Assembly: GCA_963514005.1 (NCBI GenBank)
Contig: OY740782.1
Location: 7,750,001-7,814,000 of the forward strand
Direction of reading: 5' to 3'
DNA: 64,000 nt
From: Raja brachyura
Lineage: Eukaryota
The notes beneath the pieces are model-generated. The model did no database searches. It was not told the origin of the DNA and was given only the letters and a program-made list of their open reading frames with translations. Numbering within the stretch: position 1 is the first letter of the stretch; every line of letters starts with the position of its first letter. Shown here piece after piece: positions 51,301 to 64,000 of this stretch. The position numbers and the translations under genes are program-made.

Positions 51301-52823
51301 AATTTAGCATCTTAATGGACATATAATTAATGCAGAACTTTCAAGGTACAGGATAATGAGTTGAATGATCAGCCATGGTCATATTGAATGGCAGTGCAGG
51401 CTCGAAGGGCCGAATGGCCTACACCTGCACCTATTTTCTATGTTTCTATGTTTCATGCAATATTTGCCACAGTCAATTCAGGCTCCACACAAGCTGGTGA
51501 CAAAAATGGACATTGGATACATGAAAGGACACAAAGTGCTGGAGTAACTTAGCAGGTCAGGCAACATCTCTGGAGAACATGGAGTGATGTTTTGGGTCGT
51601 GACCCTTCTTCAAACTCCAGAAATGCTGCCTGACCTGCTCATTATCTCCAGTAATTTGTGTCCTTTTTCGGGCGTCTGCAGTTCTTTGTTTCGATGCAGA
51701 TACAAAAGTGAGTGTTACTTGATCTGATCTCAGTAAAGATGTGCAGGCAGAAGTTCAAATTTGGCCATAAAATATGTGGTTTGAGGATTGGATCAGTAAC
51801 TGTAATCAGAGGCCAGTTCAGCTAATGAATGGATTCTGATTTTACAGACATCCATGTTGATTTTATCCCTAAGTCAGAAAAGGCACACAAATCTCACACA
51901 AACTAGTAGACGTGCCTCTGCGGTATTGTAATGAATGGCTATGAAAGCACATGTGATTGATTAGAAAGCTCAATTACTAAAAGTGGAAAGAGATTGAGAG
52001 AGAAAGAGAGAGGAAACTAGTTCTGCCACATGTTGGACTTCTGAATTTCATAATGTATAAAATGTTAGTAAATTCTCTGACATATGTCACATAAACACAC
52101 AACTCTTGACTCTTAATAATACTTGTTTGAATGTACAAGTGTCATAAATCTGGTGACTGCTTACCAGGTCTGTACTGACCTGTTCTATCCTAAATGTGAC
52201 TCCAAACCTAACGATGTGACTGACTTTCAGTGGCTGAAATGAGCCACTCGGAACCTGAGGACAATTGGGTGTGGACTGTACAGGGCTTCAACTCTTGTCC
52301 ACAAATAAGACCAGACTTGCAAAAAATGTATGCACAATAATAATGGTATGGTACTTTATTTGTCACGTGTACTGAGGAACAGGTAGTGAGCTGTTGCATT
52401 CAAGTTTCCCCCTCTCTATATATGTCTTGAATGTTCAATTTGGCCATAAATCAGGATTATAGGATATTGAACTTGGCAATGATTCATAGAGCAGGTGCTG
52501 ATGTTGACAGGAATTTCTTAATGAAAAATAGAAAAGGAATGCACGGCGCGGGAACAAAACATGTAGTAGTGGTGTTTCATTCAAGGAGACTGGAATGGAA
52601 AAGTGAGGGCGGCCTTGGTCATATCAATCTAGATTGCAGCATCTTCCACATGACGGCACATAAGCTGTGACCTTGACTGTTGGGTTCATAACAGATCCAA
52701 TCTCGGTGTAGACGGGCTCAGCTTTGCCTGACGCCATTGCCCCAATGCTTTTCTCAATTTTTCTTGCACCAGTGCTGCACCTCGCTTTGAACTAGCTTCC
52801 CACTGGTGTGGAGATAATCCATA

Positions 52824-53378
52824 AAACAATAGACAATAGGTGCAGTAGTAGGCCATTCAGCCCTACGGGCCAGCACCGCCATTGACGGTGATCAAGGCTG
52901 ATCATCCACAATCAGTACCCCGTTCCTACCTTCTCCCCATATCCCCTGACTGCTATCTTTAAGAGCTGTATCTAACCCTCTCTTGAAAGCATCCAGAGAA
53001 TTGGCCTCCACTGCCTTCTGAGGCAGAGCATTCTACAGATTCGCAACCCTCTGTGTGAAAACGTTTATCCTCATCTCCGTTCTAAATGGCTTACCCCTTA
53101 TTCTTAAACTGTGGCCCTTGTTTCTGGACTCCCCCAACATCGGGAACATATTTCCTGCCTCTGGCGTGTCCAAACCCTTAATAATCTTATATATTTCAAT
53201 AAGATCCCCTCTCATCCTTCTAAATTCCAGAGTATACAAGCCCAGTCGCTCCATTCTATCAACATATGACTGTCCCGCCATCCCGGAAATTAACCTCGTG
53301 AACCTACGCTGCACTCACTCAATAGCAAGAATGTCCTTCCTCAAATTTGGAGACCAAAATTGCACACAATACTCCAGG
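52824..53378 (-). mobile_element. CR1 LINE 3' portion
   Basis: ORF 53033-53314 plus 3' UTR with a caatagacaatag tail. Confidence 0.92.
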
Positions 53379-53690
53379 TTACTCCATAGAGTAACAGGTC
53401 AATTCGTCACCTCTGTGGTGGAACTTACCTGCTGTAGGTGAGGTTTGTGTTCAAGCTGAGCTGTAAATTACAGTTTTTTGTACCCGAAGCAAGCAGGTGA
53501 ATGGGCTCGTACTCACCTCCACAAAACAAAGGTCGCCTATAGACTTGCCCTTGCTGCGTAACATTAAACCGAGTGGTCTGGGGTGCTTAAGCAATGGGAT
53601 GGGATGCTGACACACGAACGGTCTAGGTAATGTTCTGTCTGGGATAATAGTCCACAGCCTCTTTGGCCTTCACCCTGCTTTTCATTACAG

Positions 53691-53824
53691 CAAACTTCTG
53701 TGGGCTTTCCAGGAAACAGCTGCTTTTCACCCGATAGCTCGCTACCGTCTGGTCCAATTATTTCAGACATCACGGACATGGCGCAGTGCAGCCCTTCTCT
53801 CTCCCCGCCTCTTCACATGGAAAG
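53691..53824 (+). CDS. hsf1: HSF1 coding exon (exon 8), regulatory domain
   Basis: ttacag| ... |gtgagt. QTSVGFPGNSCFSPDSSLPSGPIISDITDMAQCSPSLSPPLHME(R), containing the conserved GPIISDIT motif; 134 bp. Confidence 0.9.
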
Positions 53825-54724
53825 GTGAGTTGTATTAACCCCGCCACATGGTGGGCTCAATCTTTCTCAACCGCCTTTAACCGCTGAGCTTCAACCCAAC
53901 CAGCGCAAGGCACACAGTCAAGGAAATCGGTTAAATCAGCTTGTCTCGGGGGAGGAATTGCCACTGGGAGAGCCGTTGTCAGTGTTTCCCATTCACTGGA
54001 GATGTGAACTGATTCATAATGCGTGGTACATAGTTCTGTCAAATAGCTAATTCCCACAAGTGAAATTATTTGACGAGTTCATTGTGTCTTTTACTAGAAG
54101 TGATATTAGTTAAGCATAATATCACATCAATTTCAAACTATTGTGGCTGTGCCAACTCCTTAAAAGAACAATTTGTTATCCCATTACCTTATTCACTTAA
54201 CCCCCCCCCTATCCAAACCCATACTGAACTACGTCTCCTTGTCCGGTTCCTTTTTTAAAGATTATCTATCAATCTGCTCCCAACAGGCAGTGAAATCCAG
54301 GTTTGTTAGGTTTTTTTTTCAGAAGCTCATTCTCACTCTGGCTTCTCCTGTCTCCTGTTCATTTACCAATCATCTTAAATTGCGGTCCTTTAGCCATTGC
54401 ACCGGTTTCCCTTTGTATTTATTCTAAGCCCTTGATCTGTGATCTTTTAGAATCATAAAAGTAAAACCTTGAGTGAATCCCATAACCATTTCTGCTTTAG
54501 GAGCAAAACAAAAGTCTTTGTACTGTGCAAGTGAGTCCTCCACGCCTATTTCTCTGTTTATTAATCTGAGGATCGCAGCTGCCTTATTGTTTCCCCTCTT
54601 GCAGAGCCCAATGTGTGCAGGGAATGGAAAGGCAGTCAAACTAGCAACTGGACCTTGTCCTTTGTTGCATGGAAGGTGTCCTCCTCTCCACTCCTCCTCA
54701 CCCACTCATTTTTATTTCTTCCAG

Positions 54725-54928
54725 ACTTAGTCCTCTGCTCAATATTAAAGAAGAGCCTCCAAGTCCAATTGCTCATCCGGATATTGAGGTGGTCAGTCCT
54801 GTTGCTATCGGCACTGAAGAGCCCCTTTCTCCATCAACCTTCATCGATTCCATCCTGGAGGACAACGACGTTAGCACTGCACAACCACAACCTGAGGACC
54901 AATGTCTCAGTGTGGCTTGCCTTGACAA
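54725..54928 (+). CDS. hsf1: HSF1 coding exon (exon 9), regulatory domain with PDSM motif
   Basis: ttccag| ... |gtaagg. (R)LSPLLNIKEEPPSP...LSPSTFIDSIL...CLSVACLD; 204 bp. Confidence 0.94.
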
Positions 54929-55494
54929 GTAAGGATAAAATATATGAAACATTCTCTTGCCCGGCGTGCAGCAGCTTATTGACTCCACAATACTCTTGCA
55001 AGAGCAGACCGTATGTTGTGATTAGCCGCTGCCTACAGGTCAGGCTCGTGGAATAATCTGTGCCGAGTTGGTATGGGTGGTCGTATGAACACAACTACAA
55101 ATTTCAGGGTGCTCTGTAGTTTGTGATGGGGTGAAAAATAAGCCAGTTTTTATTTTCTCTCTCTTGTCTCTGGCAATCGTCCTGGAAGAGTACGTGTCCG
55201 GCCTTTGGACCAGGCTGAACCTGGATCATCCGTCAGGGAGTAGCTGACACTTCAGAACCATTAATGACCAAGAATAAGCTAGGCCACCTGGGGAGTAGAC
55301 ATTTCCCCAGCAATGATTGAGAATCAGAAAACAGCTATGAAAGTCAGAGGGCGGTGAGAAACATCCATCTAACCCTCTATGTGACAGTGTATTTTATATG
55401 GGAGCTGCACTAATGGTTGGTGATATAAATTCCTTGCTTGTTCAGAAGTTCCGTTGGATTCTTAGTACATTTAAATCAAATAGATATGGACAGA

Positions 55495-56035
55495 CCATAG
55501 AGTCATAGATTGATACAGTGTGGAAACAGGCCCTTTGGCCCAACTTGCGCACACCGGCCAACATATCCCTGCTGCACTAGTCCCACCTGGTACCTGCCCG
55601 TGTTTGGCCCATATCCCTCCAAACCGGTCCTATCCATGTACCTATCTAACTGTTTCTTACATGTTGGGATATTCCCTGCCTCAACTACCTATTCTGGCAG
55701 CTTCCTTACTCCCCCTCTTTGTGTGAAGAAATTACCCCTTAGATTCCTATTAAACCGTTTCCCCTTCACCTTAAACCTATGCCCTCTTGTCCTCGATTCA
55801 CCTACTCTGCACAAGAGACTGAGCATCTACCCCATCTATTCCGCTCATGATTTTATACACCTCTATAAGATCACCTCTCATCCTCCTGAGATCCAGAATT
55901 CCAGCCTACTCAACCTCTCCCTATAGCTCAGGCCCTCTAGTCCTGGCAACATCCTCGTAAATCTTCTCTGTACCCTTTCCAGCTTGACGACATATTTCCT
56001 ATAACATGGTGCCCAGAACTGAACACAGTACTCTA
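55495..56035 (-). mobile_element. CR1 LINE 3' portion, different subfamily
   Basis: [29 protein letters not shown]; catagagtcatag tail. Confidence 0.85.
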
Positions 56036-56525
56036 AAGAATACACAGAACAGAATACATGCTGGAGGATTGTAGATGAAATGCAAGGCATAGTCCATTGA
56101 AGATTCTCGCAAACACTCCTCACCAGCGTTGTAATTGAAACACACAAGTTTTGTGAAGGAAAGTTTGCATCACAGAGTAGGCATCAATTGGGGCCCATTG
56201 TGCTAGTCAAGAAAGGTGCCCAACTTCTCACCTTCCATTAGCTGATGCAAAATCTAAACTACCATTACCTGATACAAAACTCTGAGGGTTATGTCTCTTC
56301 ACGTACACTTGCAGGCACTTTTTAATTGTGACGAGCATGTCTTCCTTCACCACCCTTTTAAGCAGTGAGGTTAAAACCCAGTAAAGTAGATTTTCTTCAA
56401 TTCCCCCATTTTCTTTCAACCAACTATTTTAAATCTCTGCTATCCTGGTTTTTGGCCATCAGCTAGGGGGAAATAATTCCTCCTGCTTATTCTTCTCGGT
56501 CTCTCATACCTTTATACACTTTAGT

Positions 56526-56875
56526 TAGAAAAATAGAAACATAGAAATTAGGTGCAAGAGTAGGCCATTCGGCCCTTCGAGCCTGCACCGCCATTCAATA
56601 TGATCATGGCTGATCATCCAACTCAGTATCCCGTACCTGCCTTCTCTCCACACCCTCTGATCCCCTTAGCCACAAGGGCCACATCTAACTCCCTCTTAAA
56701 TATAGCCAATGAACTGGCCTCAACTACCCTCTGTGGCAGAGAGTTCCAGAGACCCACCACTCTCTGTGTGAAAAAATTCCTTCTCATCTTGGTCCTAAAG
56801 GATTTCCCCCTTATCCTTAAGCTGTGACCCCTTGTCCTGGACCTCCCCAACATCGGGATAGTTATCTTCCTGCCT
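56526..56875 (-). mobile_element. CR1 LINE 3' end, same subfamily as 28730-29335 and 4826-5921
   Basis: tagaaacatagaaattaggtgc...; PMLGRSRTRGHSLRIRGK. Confidence 0.9.
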
Positions 56876-59329
56876 CTTCCTCTGTTACCAAGCAAACAGC
56901 CTCAATCTATCTAATCCTTCCCAACGACTGAAAACGTCCAGTTCCATGACAACGCTGTACATCTCCCTTGCACTGTATGGTACCACGCTAAGCATGCTCC
57001 AGCCGCACCTTGGTAGTTAGGGAAATGAGCAGAGTGTGTAGCCTCTCCTCCTCGCTTTTGATACAGGCCTGGGAATTTATTCATATTTAAAGATGTTAAT
57101 CCCCAGTACTTCCCCATTTAATATTATGTATTTTGCAGCCAATATTCCATATTTGCAATCCTCATCACCCTTGATATCACTAAATTTAGTATGGCAAACC
57201 AAAGAATACCTTTTCATTAAAAAAAAACATTCCTTTGGCCAAAACCACACTGCTCCGTACAGATGATCTTTGACCCAAATACTATCGTCATTTTCAGCAA
57301 TTGATGGTAATGATTCCCCATCGGGGGAATAAAGATATTTCTCTATCCTTCATTCCTCAACCAAAAGTTGTTTAGCCAGTCTCAAAGCCCACGTGATTGT
57401 AACAGTGCTTTTACAAATATAATCGCAAGGTACGTGGAAGCAAAACTTGTCTTCCAATTGTCCTTGAGCCGACATTTATCTTGCAATCCACATTTATAGA
57501 CCTGGTTATCTGATCGTTATCACATTGCTCTTCATCAATGTGCAACGTTGCTATAAAAAGACACACAGCAGTGGAGTGACTCAGCAGGTCAAGCAGCATC
57601 TCTGGAGAACAAAGATAGTTGCAAGAGAGAAAGCTGGAAGTGAGGTGATGGCGGGATAAAGCCCAGCAAGTAATAGCTGGATACAGGTTGGGGGGGTAGG
57701 GTATTGGCAGATGGTAAACAACAGCCAGAGATGAAAAGACAAAAAGTGTGTGACATAAGGAGAGCAGCAGGAATTACAGAGGGGGTGCACTGAGAGAGAG
57801 AGAGAGGGACTTTCCCAGCTTTCTCAACTCCCACCACAGTAAGCCTAAAGAATGATCCCGACCCAAAACATAATCTATCCAAGTTCTCCACAAATGCTGC
57901 CTGACCCTTCCACTTACTCCAGAACTTTGTGTCTTTTTTTTTTGTAAACCTGTATCTGCTGTTCCTTGTGTCAGTAAAGTTGTCATTGTGCTGTCTTTAT
58001 AATACAAATTATATTTTGGGATCTTTCATTGTCCTTGCTGCTTGGGGCATGCTGAGGCTGTGATGGCGTAACACTATTGCTGTCTTCCTTGGCTTTGAAT
58101 GCGCTTCATAATTATAAAAATTCTCAAAGTTCTCCCTCGCAGAGCTTAGCGCAGTTATTCAGCCAGTTGTGCAGTGATTAATGAGGACACATTTGTGCAG
58201 TAGCTATAATAACCAGATGAGGGCATTAGAATTTCATTCCCATCATTAATGATTTGTATTTAAAGTATTTTGATGTATGGACTCAAAGCCGTTTGACTGA
58301 ATCAATGGTCTACCAGCAGAAGCTGGAGAAGTCCTCTTCTGGTCCTTTCTTTCCATCTTATTTTGAAGCTATCATGCGATTACTTTTCCCTCTGTACGGG
58401 GGCCCCGAGACGCATCAGACTGCAGATGCTGGGATTTTGAGCTAGAAACCGTGCTGGAGGAACTCAACGGGGTTGGAGGGAAATGGATAGGTGACGTTTC
58501 GGGTCAGTTTTAAGAAAGACCCCAACACAAAATGTCATCTGTTAAGTCTGAAGAAGGGTCCCAACCCGAGATGTTGTCTGTCCATTTCCCTATACAGATG
58601 CTGCCTGACCTGCAGAACTTTTTTTTTTTTTTGTTTCTAGAGGGTGCTTGGTGACCAAGTAGATGTTCGGCACATGAAGGTTGACAGTTTCCCTTCACAG
58701 GGTCTTAGCTCGTGCTCCAAAAGCCGACAGTCTTTCATAAACTGCAGGGGTGTTTCTTTTGGTTCGATAGGTTTGAGGTCAGTGTAAGTGTCAGATCTTC
58801 TTGTGATCATAGATCAGAAGCAATGGAGTTCCTTGGGACCTTGACGCTAAGTGTCATGACCATCAAACACGCGCGGAAGTGGATGGTTGAAAATACGTGG
58901 TAAATCGAGCGTGAATGGAGAGAAATGAATAGTCAGCGGCCTCCTTTTGGAGCAAACTTGCATGATTACCAAGGATCAACTCAAAACCAATGCCTCTACC
59001 TGTCTCACTAATGCTGACAACATGTTGAATTTTCTCTTCCACGTTCATTCATTCCGTTCTCGGTGTAATAGTGCACATACAAAGAAATACTGTTAACCTC
59101 CTGCAGGAGGAAGGCAATTGAGAGCAACCTAAGATCTTTGTGGCTGAGGTGGGGGCAGGAGTGGCCAGGTTGAGTAGTGTGTGCAGTTGCATGTGACCTG
59201 GTCCTGTTAATTAGTTACGGAGAGCAGTACATTATTTGTAGGATGGTGCATGCTTTTCCCAGAGCATTATGTCCTTGCCACTGTCCTCAGGCTGGGCAGC
59301 GGGAATTAAAGTCAATCGTGAATAATTTG

Positions 59330-60125
59330 GTCCACAATACTCTCTCTAGCTATTGAGAGAGGCAAGGGAGGACAATGTTGGGACCTTGACAGAGATTTCC
59401 ATATCCCCTGAGGTTGCAGAGGTGTGGAGAACAGCCTGTATTGTTCCTCTGTCCATGAAGGGCAGGAGGGACAGACCAGGAAATAAAAGGCCATTGAACC
59501 TTACATCAGCGGCAGGGAAACACATGGAGAAGATTTTTACGGTAGGATCTGCACCATCTGGAAAAGGATACGTTTATTAGGTGTAGTCAACAATGCTTTG
59601 TCCATGGAAGGTCATATCTTAGAAACCTGATTGAGTGTTTGAGGAGGTGACGATGATGATTGGTGACCAGATTGATTCCAGTAAAGTCCCTGGTGGACTC
59701 TTCGGGGAACGATGACCACAAGGTACCATAGGGCATTGGGTATTGTACACATGGATTTTGGTAAAACTTTCGACAAGGTAGCCTCGTTGTAGCCTGATCC
59801 AGAATATTAAGGCACACGGGATCCTGAAAAACATTGATGTGCAGCGGGATCCTGGGGTGCAAATCCGCAACTCTCTAAAAGTGGCAACACGGGGAGATAA
59901 GAGTGGTAATAAACAGCCCTACGGCACACTTGCCTTCGTCGGTTGGGGCACCGAGTGTCAAAGTTGGGAAGTCATGTTGCAGCTTTGTAAAACTTTTGGA
60001 GTACGGAGGATTTGAAGAGGTTGCAGCAGCAATTGACACGCATACAGCCTGGATTAGAGAGTACAATGGAGAAGTTGGGCAAACTTGGATCGTTTCCTCT
60101 GAAGCATTGTAGGCTCAGGAAGAGA
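59330..60125 (+). mobile_element. Highly degenerate CR1 RT fragment
   Basis: WRTA.IVPL..KG.RD.PGN.RP.NLTS remnant, with further RT remnants downstream. Confidence 0.6.
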
Positions 60126-60319
60126 AATGTATTAACTTATACGATACAGCAAGACTTTATTTATTCCAGGAGGGAAATTGGTCTGCCAAGAGTCACAAAA
60201 CACAACAAGATACATGAAACATGAAATTAAAGTGACGAGTGGAAAGGATTGGGGAGGGGGGTGGGGGAGTGGAGTCGGTCTACCCAACAACACAAGGGGG
60301 AGGAGTAGAACAGTTTGAT

Positions 60320-63300
60320 AGCCAGCATCGCCATTCTCTGTGATCATGGCTGATCATCCACAATCAGTACCCCGTTCCTGCCTTCTCCCCATATCCCCTG
60401 ACCCCTATCTTTAACAGCTCTATCTAACTCTCTCGTGAAAGCATCCAGAGAATTGGCCTCCACTGCCTTCAGAGGCAGAGAATTCCACAGATTCACAACA
60501 TTCTGTGTGAAAAAGTGTTTCCTCATCTCCGTTCTAAATGCCTTACCCCTTATTCTTAAACTGTGGCCCTTGTTTCTGGACTCCCCCAACATTGGAAACA
60601 TATTTCCTGCCTCTGGCGTGTCCAAACCCTTAATAATCTTATATGTTTCAATAAGATCCCCTCTCATCCTTCTAAATTCCAGCGTATACAAGCCCAGCCA
60701 CTCCATTCTATCAACATATCACAGTCCCGCCATCCTGGGAATTAACCTCGTGAACCTACGCTGCACTCCCTCAATAGCAAGAATGTCCTTCGTTAAATTT
60801 GGAGACCAAAACTGCACACAATACTCCAGGTGTGGTCTCACTGGGTCCCTGTACATCCTCTTTGCTCCTGTGCTCAACTCATCTTGTTATGAAGGCCAAC
60901 ATGCCATTCGCTTTCTTCACCGCCTGCTGTACCTGCATGCTTACTTTCAGTGACTAATGACAAGGACCCCCTGATCTCGTTGTACTTCCCATTTTCACAT
61001 CTTGACACCATTTAGATAACAATCTGCCTTCCTGTTTTTGCTACCAAAGTGGATAACCTCACAATAATCCACATTAAATTGCAACTGCCATGTATCTGCC
61101 CACTCACCCAACCTGTCCAAGTCACCCTGCATTCTCATAGCATCCTCCTCACAGTTCACACTGCCACCCAGCTTTGTGTCATCTGCAAATTTGCTAATGT
61201 TACTTTTAATCTTTTCGTCTAAATAATTAATGTATATTGTAAATAGCTGCGGTCCCAGCACCGAGCCTTGCGGTACCCCACTAGTCACTGCCTCCCATTC
61301 TGAAAGGGACCCGTTAATCCCTACTCTTTGTTTCCTGTCTGCCAACCACTTCTCTATCCATGTCAGCACTCTACCCCCAATACCATGTGCTCTAATTATG
61401 CCCACTAATCTCCTATGTGGGACCTTATCAAATGTTTTCTGAAAGTCCAGGTACATGACATACACTGGCTCTCCCATGTCCATTTTCCTAGTTACATCCT
61501 CGAAAAATTCCAGACGAGTAGTCAAGCATGATTTCCCCTTCATAAATCCATGCTGACTCGGACCGATCCTGTTACTGCTATCCAAATGTGTCGCAATTTC
61601 ATCTTTTACAATTGACTCCAGCATCTTCCCCACCACCGATGTCAGGCTAACTGGTCTATAATTCCCTGTTTTCTCTCTCCCGCCTGTCTTCAAAAGTGGG
61701 ATAACATTAGCTACCCTCCAATCCACAGGAACTGATCCTGAGTCTATAGAACATTGGAAAATTATCACCAATGCATCCACGATTTCTAGAGCCACTACCT
61801 TAAGTACCCTGGGATGCAGACCATCAGGCCCTGGGGATTTATCAGCCTTCAGTCCCATCAGTCTACCCAACACCATTCCTGCCTAATGTGCATTTCCTGC
61901 AGTTCCTCCATCACCCTAGATCCTCTGGCCACTAGTACATAGGGGAGATTATTTGTGTCCTCCTTAGTGAAGACGGATCCAAAGTACCTGTTCAACTCAT
62001 CTGCCATTTCCTTGTTCCCCATAATAAATTCACCCGTCTCAGTCTTCAAAGGTCCAACTTTGGTCTTAACTATTTTTTTCCTCTTCACATACCTAAAGAA
62101 GCTTTTACTATCCTCCTTTATATTCTTGGAGGAAGCTAGCTTACCTTCGTACCTCATCTTTTCTCCCCGTATTGCCTTGTTAGTTATCTTCTGTTGCTCT
62201 TTAAAAGTTACCCAATCCTCTGGCTTCCTGCTCATCTTTGCTATGTTATACTTCTTCTCTTTTATTTTTATACTGTCCTTGACTTCCCTTGTCAGTCACG
62301 GTCGCCCCTTACCCCCCTTGGAGTCTTTCTTCCTCTTTGGAATGAACTGATCCTGCACCTTCCGAATTGTTCCCAGAAATACCTGCCATTGTTATTCCAC
62401 TGCCATCCCTGCTCGAGTATCTTTCCAGTCAACTTTGGCCAGCTCCTCCCTCATGGCTCCATAGTCCCCTTTGCTCAATTAAATACTGAGACTTCCGATT
62501 TTCCCTTCTCTCTCTCAAATTGTAGATTAAAACTTATCATATTAATGTCACTACCTCCTAATGGCTCCTTTACCTCGAGTTCCCTTATCAAATCAGGTTA
62601 ATTACACGACACTAAATCCAGAATTGCCTTCTCCCTGGTAGGCTCCAGTATAATAAGCTGCTCTAAGAATCGATCACGGAGGCACTCCACAAACTCCATT
62701 TCATTCCTCACCAACAGAGCTACCCCACCCCCTCTGCCCACCTGTCTGTCTTTTCGATAGGAGGTATACCCTTGAATATTCAGTTCCCAGCCCTGGCCCT
62801 CTTGCAGCCATGTCTCTGTAATTCCCACAACATCATACTTGCCAATTTCTAACTGAGCCTCAAGCTCGTCCACTTTATTTCATATACTTCGCTCATTCAT
62901 ATACAACACTTTGACCTCGGTATTCACCTCCCCTCTCACACCGGTCACTATTGGCCCTGACCTTACTCTCTTATCCCATCTCGAACTTTCCTTCCCATTA
63001 ATTCAAGAGCCTTTTGTAACTTTTCCTGTACTCACTTCCCCTTCAACTCCATCTTTATACTCCCAATTTGTCAACCACTCCCCCCCCCACTATTTAGTTT
63101 AAACCCACACGTGTAGCCCTAGCAAACCTGCCTGCCAGAACGCCGGTCCCCCTCCAGTTAAGGTGTAACCCGTCCCTTTTTTACAGGTCACCCCTACCCC
63201 AGAAGAGATCCCAGTGGTCAATAAATCTAAATCCTTGCTCCCTGCACCAGGCCACCAAGCCGCACATTCAGATCCCCCATCTCGCTGTTCCTGCCCTCAC

Positions 63301-64000
63301 GAGTACGAGGTACTGGAAGTAATCCAGAGATAACCACCCTAGAAGTCCTGTTTTTTCAGTCTTCTTCCTAACTCTCCAAACTCGCGTTGCAGAACCTCCT
63401 TCCTCTTCTTCCTGACATCGTGTTGTGCCCACGTGCACAACTACTTCCGGCTGTTTGCCTTCCCTCTCGAGGATGTTCTGAAGTCAGTTTGTGATATCTT
63501 GAACCCTGGCACCAGACCATTCTCGAGTCGCCTGCCGCCACAGAATCTCCGGACCGCACCTCGGATAATGGAGTCTCCCACCACTATAGCTGTGCCCGAC
63601 GTCGGTCTCGCCAGTCGAGTCTCATCTCTAGGATTGGAGCTACCGACCAGTCCGCCGCTTGGACTGGAAGTGCCGTCTGCCCCGACATCTCCCAAAAGGT
63701 TTACATTTGGCACAGCCACTGGGGTCTCCTGCACTCCACAGTTACTCCCCTTTCTCCCAGTCACCCACCTTCGCTCTTCCTGGATCCTTGGCGTGACTAC
63801 CTCACTGTAGGTCCTGTCCAGGAAACTCTCGTTTTCCCGGATGGCCCGGAGGTCATCTAGCTGCTTCTCTAGTGCCCCAACACGTTCATTGAGGAGTTGC
63901 ACCGGGAAATAATTTCTGCAGGTGTAGTCTCCAGAAGCTCCAGCCGTGTCCCTGACTTCCCATATCCTGCAGGAAACACACTGCACCAACATGCCTGCCA
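60320..64000 (-). mobile_element. Near full-length CR1 LINE (ORF1 + ORF2), decayed; continues beyond the window
   Basis: ORF1 63441-63992 has an N-terminal CxxC zinc finger, a coiled coil and a VVGDS SGNH-esterase motif. ORF2 has an APE endonuclease (GITETW, GGGVALLV, with an internal deletion) and RT (KSPGPDG, NYRPVSLTS, YLDFQK.FDKVPH, QGSVLGP, KFADD). Confidence 0.95.

Noticed and set aside
60995-61876. 293 aa RT ORF as an active or domesticated reverse transcriptase
   Set aside because: The parent CR1 has frameshifts, stops and an endonuclease deletion; this is an ordinary young decayed copy.
60435-62601. Plus-strand ORFs of 130-170 aa over CR1 copies
   Set aside because: Antisense shadows of CR1 ORF2 that recur in every copy.
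54929-64000. Downstream hsf1 exons (HR-C and activation domain)
   Set aside because: No recognisable HR-C peptide with splice sites; they probably lie beyond the window.

Overview
Vertebrate genomic DNA; the repeat landscape suggests a cartilaginous fish such as a skate or ray (inference). The window holds the middle of a + strand heat shock factor 1 gene (hsf1): eight GT-AG exons between 22207 and 54928 splice into one continuous frame covering the DNA-binding domain, HR-A/B and the regulatory domain. I could not find the first coding exon or the 3' exons. The introns are dense with transposons: many CR1 LINEs (one nearly full length at 60.3-64 kb), Rex1/Babar LINEs, a Vingi/Ingi-like LINE, Penelope-like elements, a tRNA-derived SINE, a Helitron-type array, TIR MITEs, and a 5.4 kb hAT-like DNA transposon. 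Three observations stand out. (1) A dispersed family of ~120-210 bp Penelope-derived elements, mostly hairpins, carrying hammerhead-ribozyme cores; four are flanked by 10-16 bp target-site duplications. (2) The decayed DDE transposase has a Tudor/Spindlin-like C-terminal module. (3) The Helitron array contains an inversion of exactly one circularly permuted unit. All family assignments come from motif recognition by eye, not database searches.
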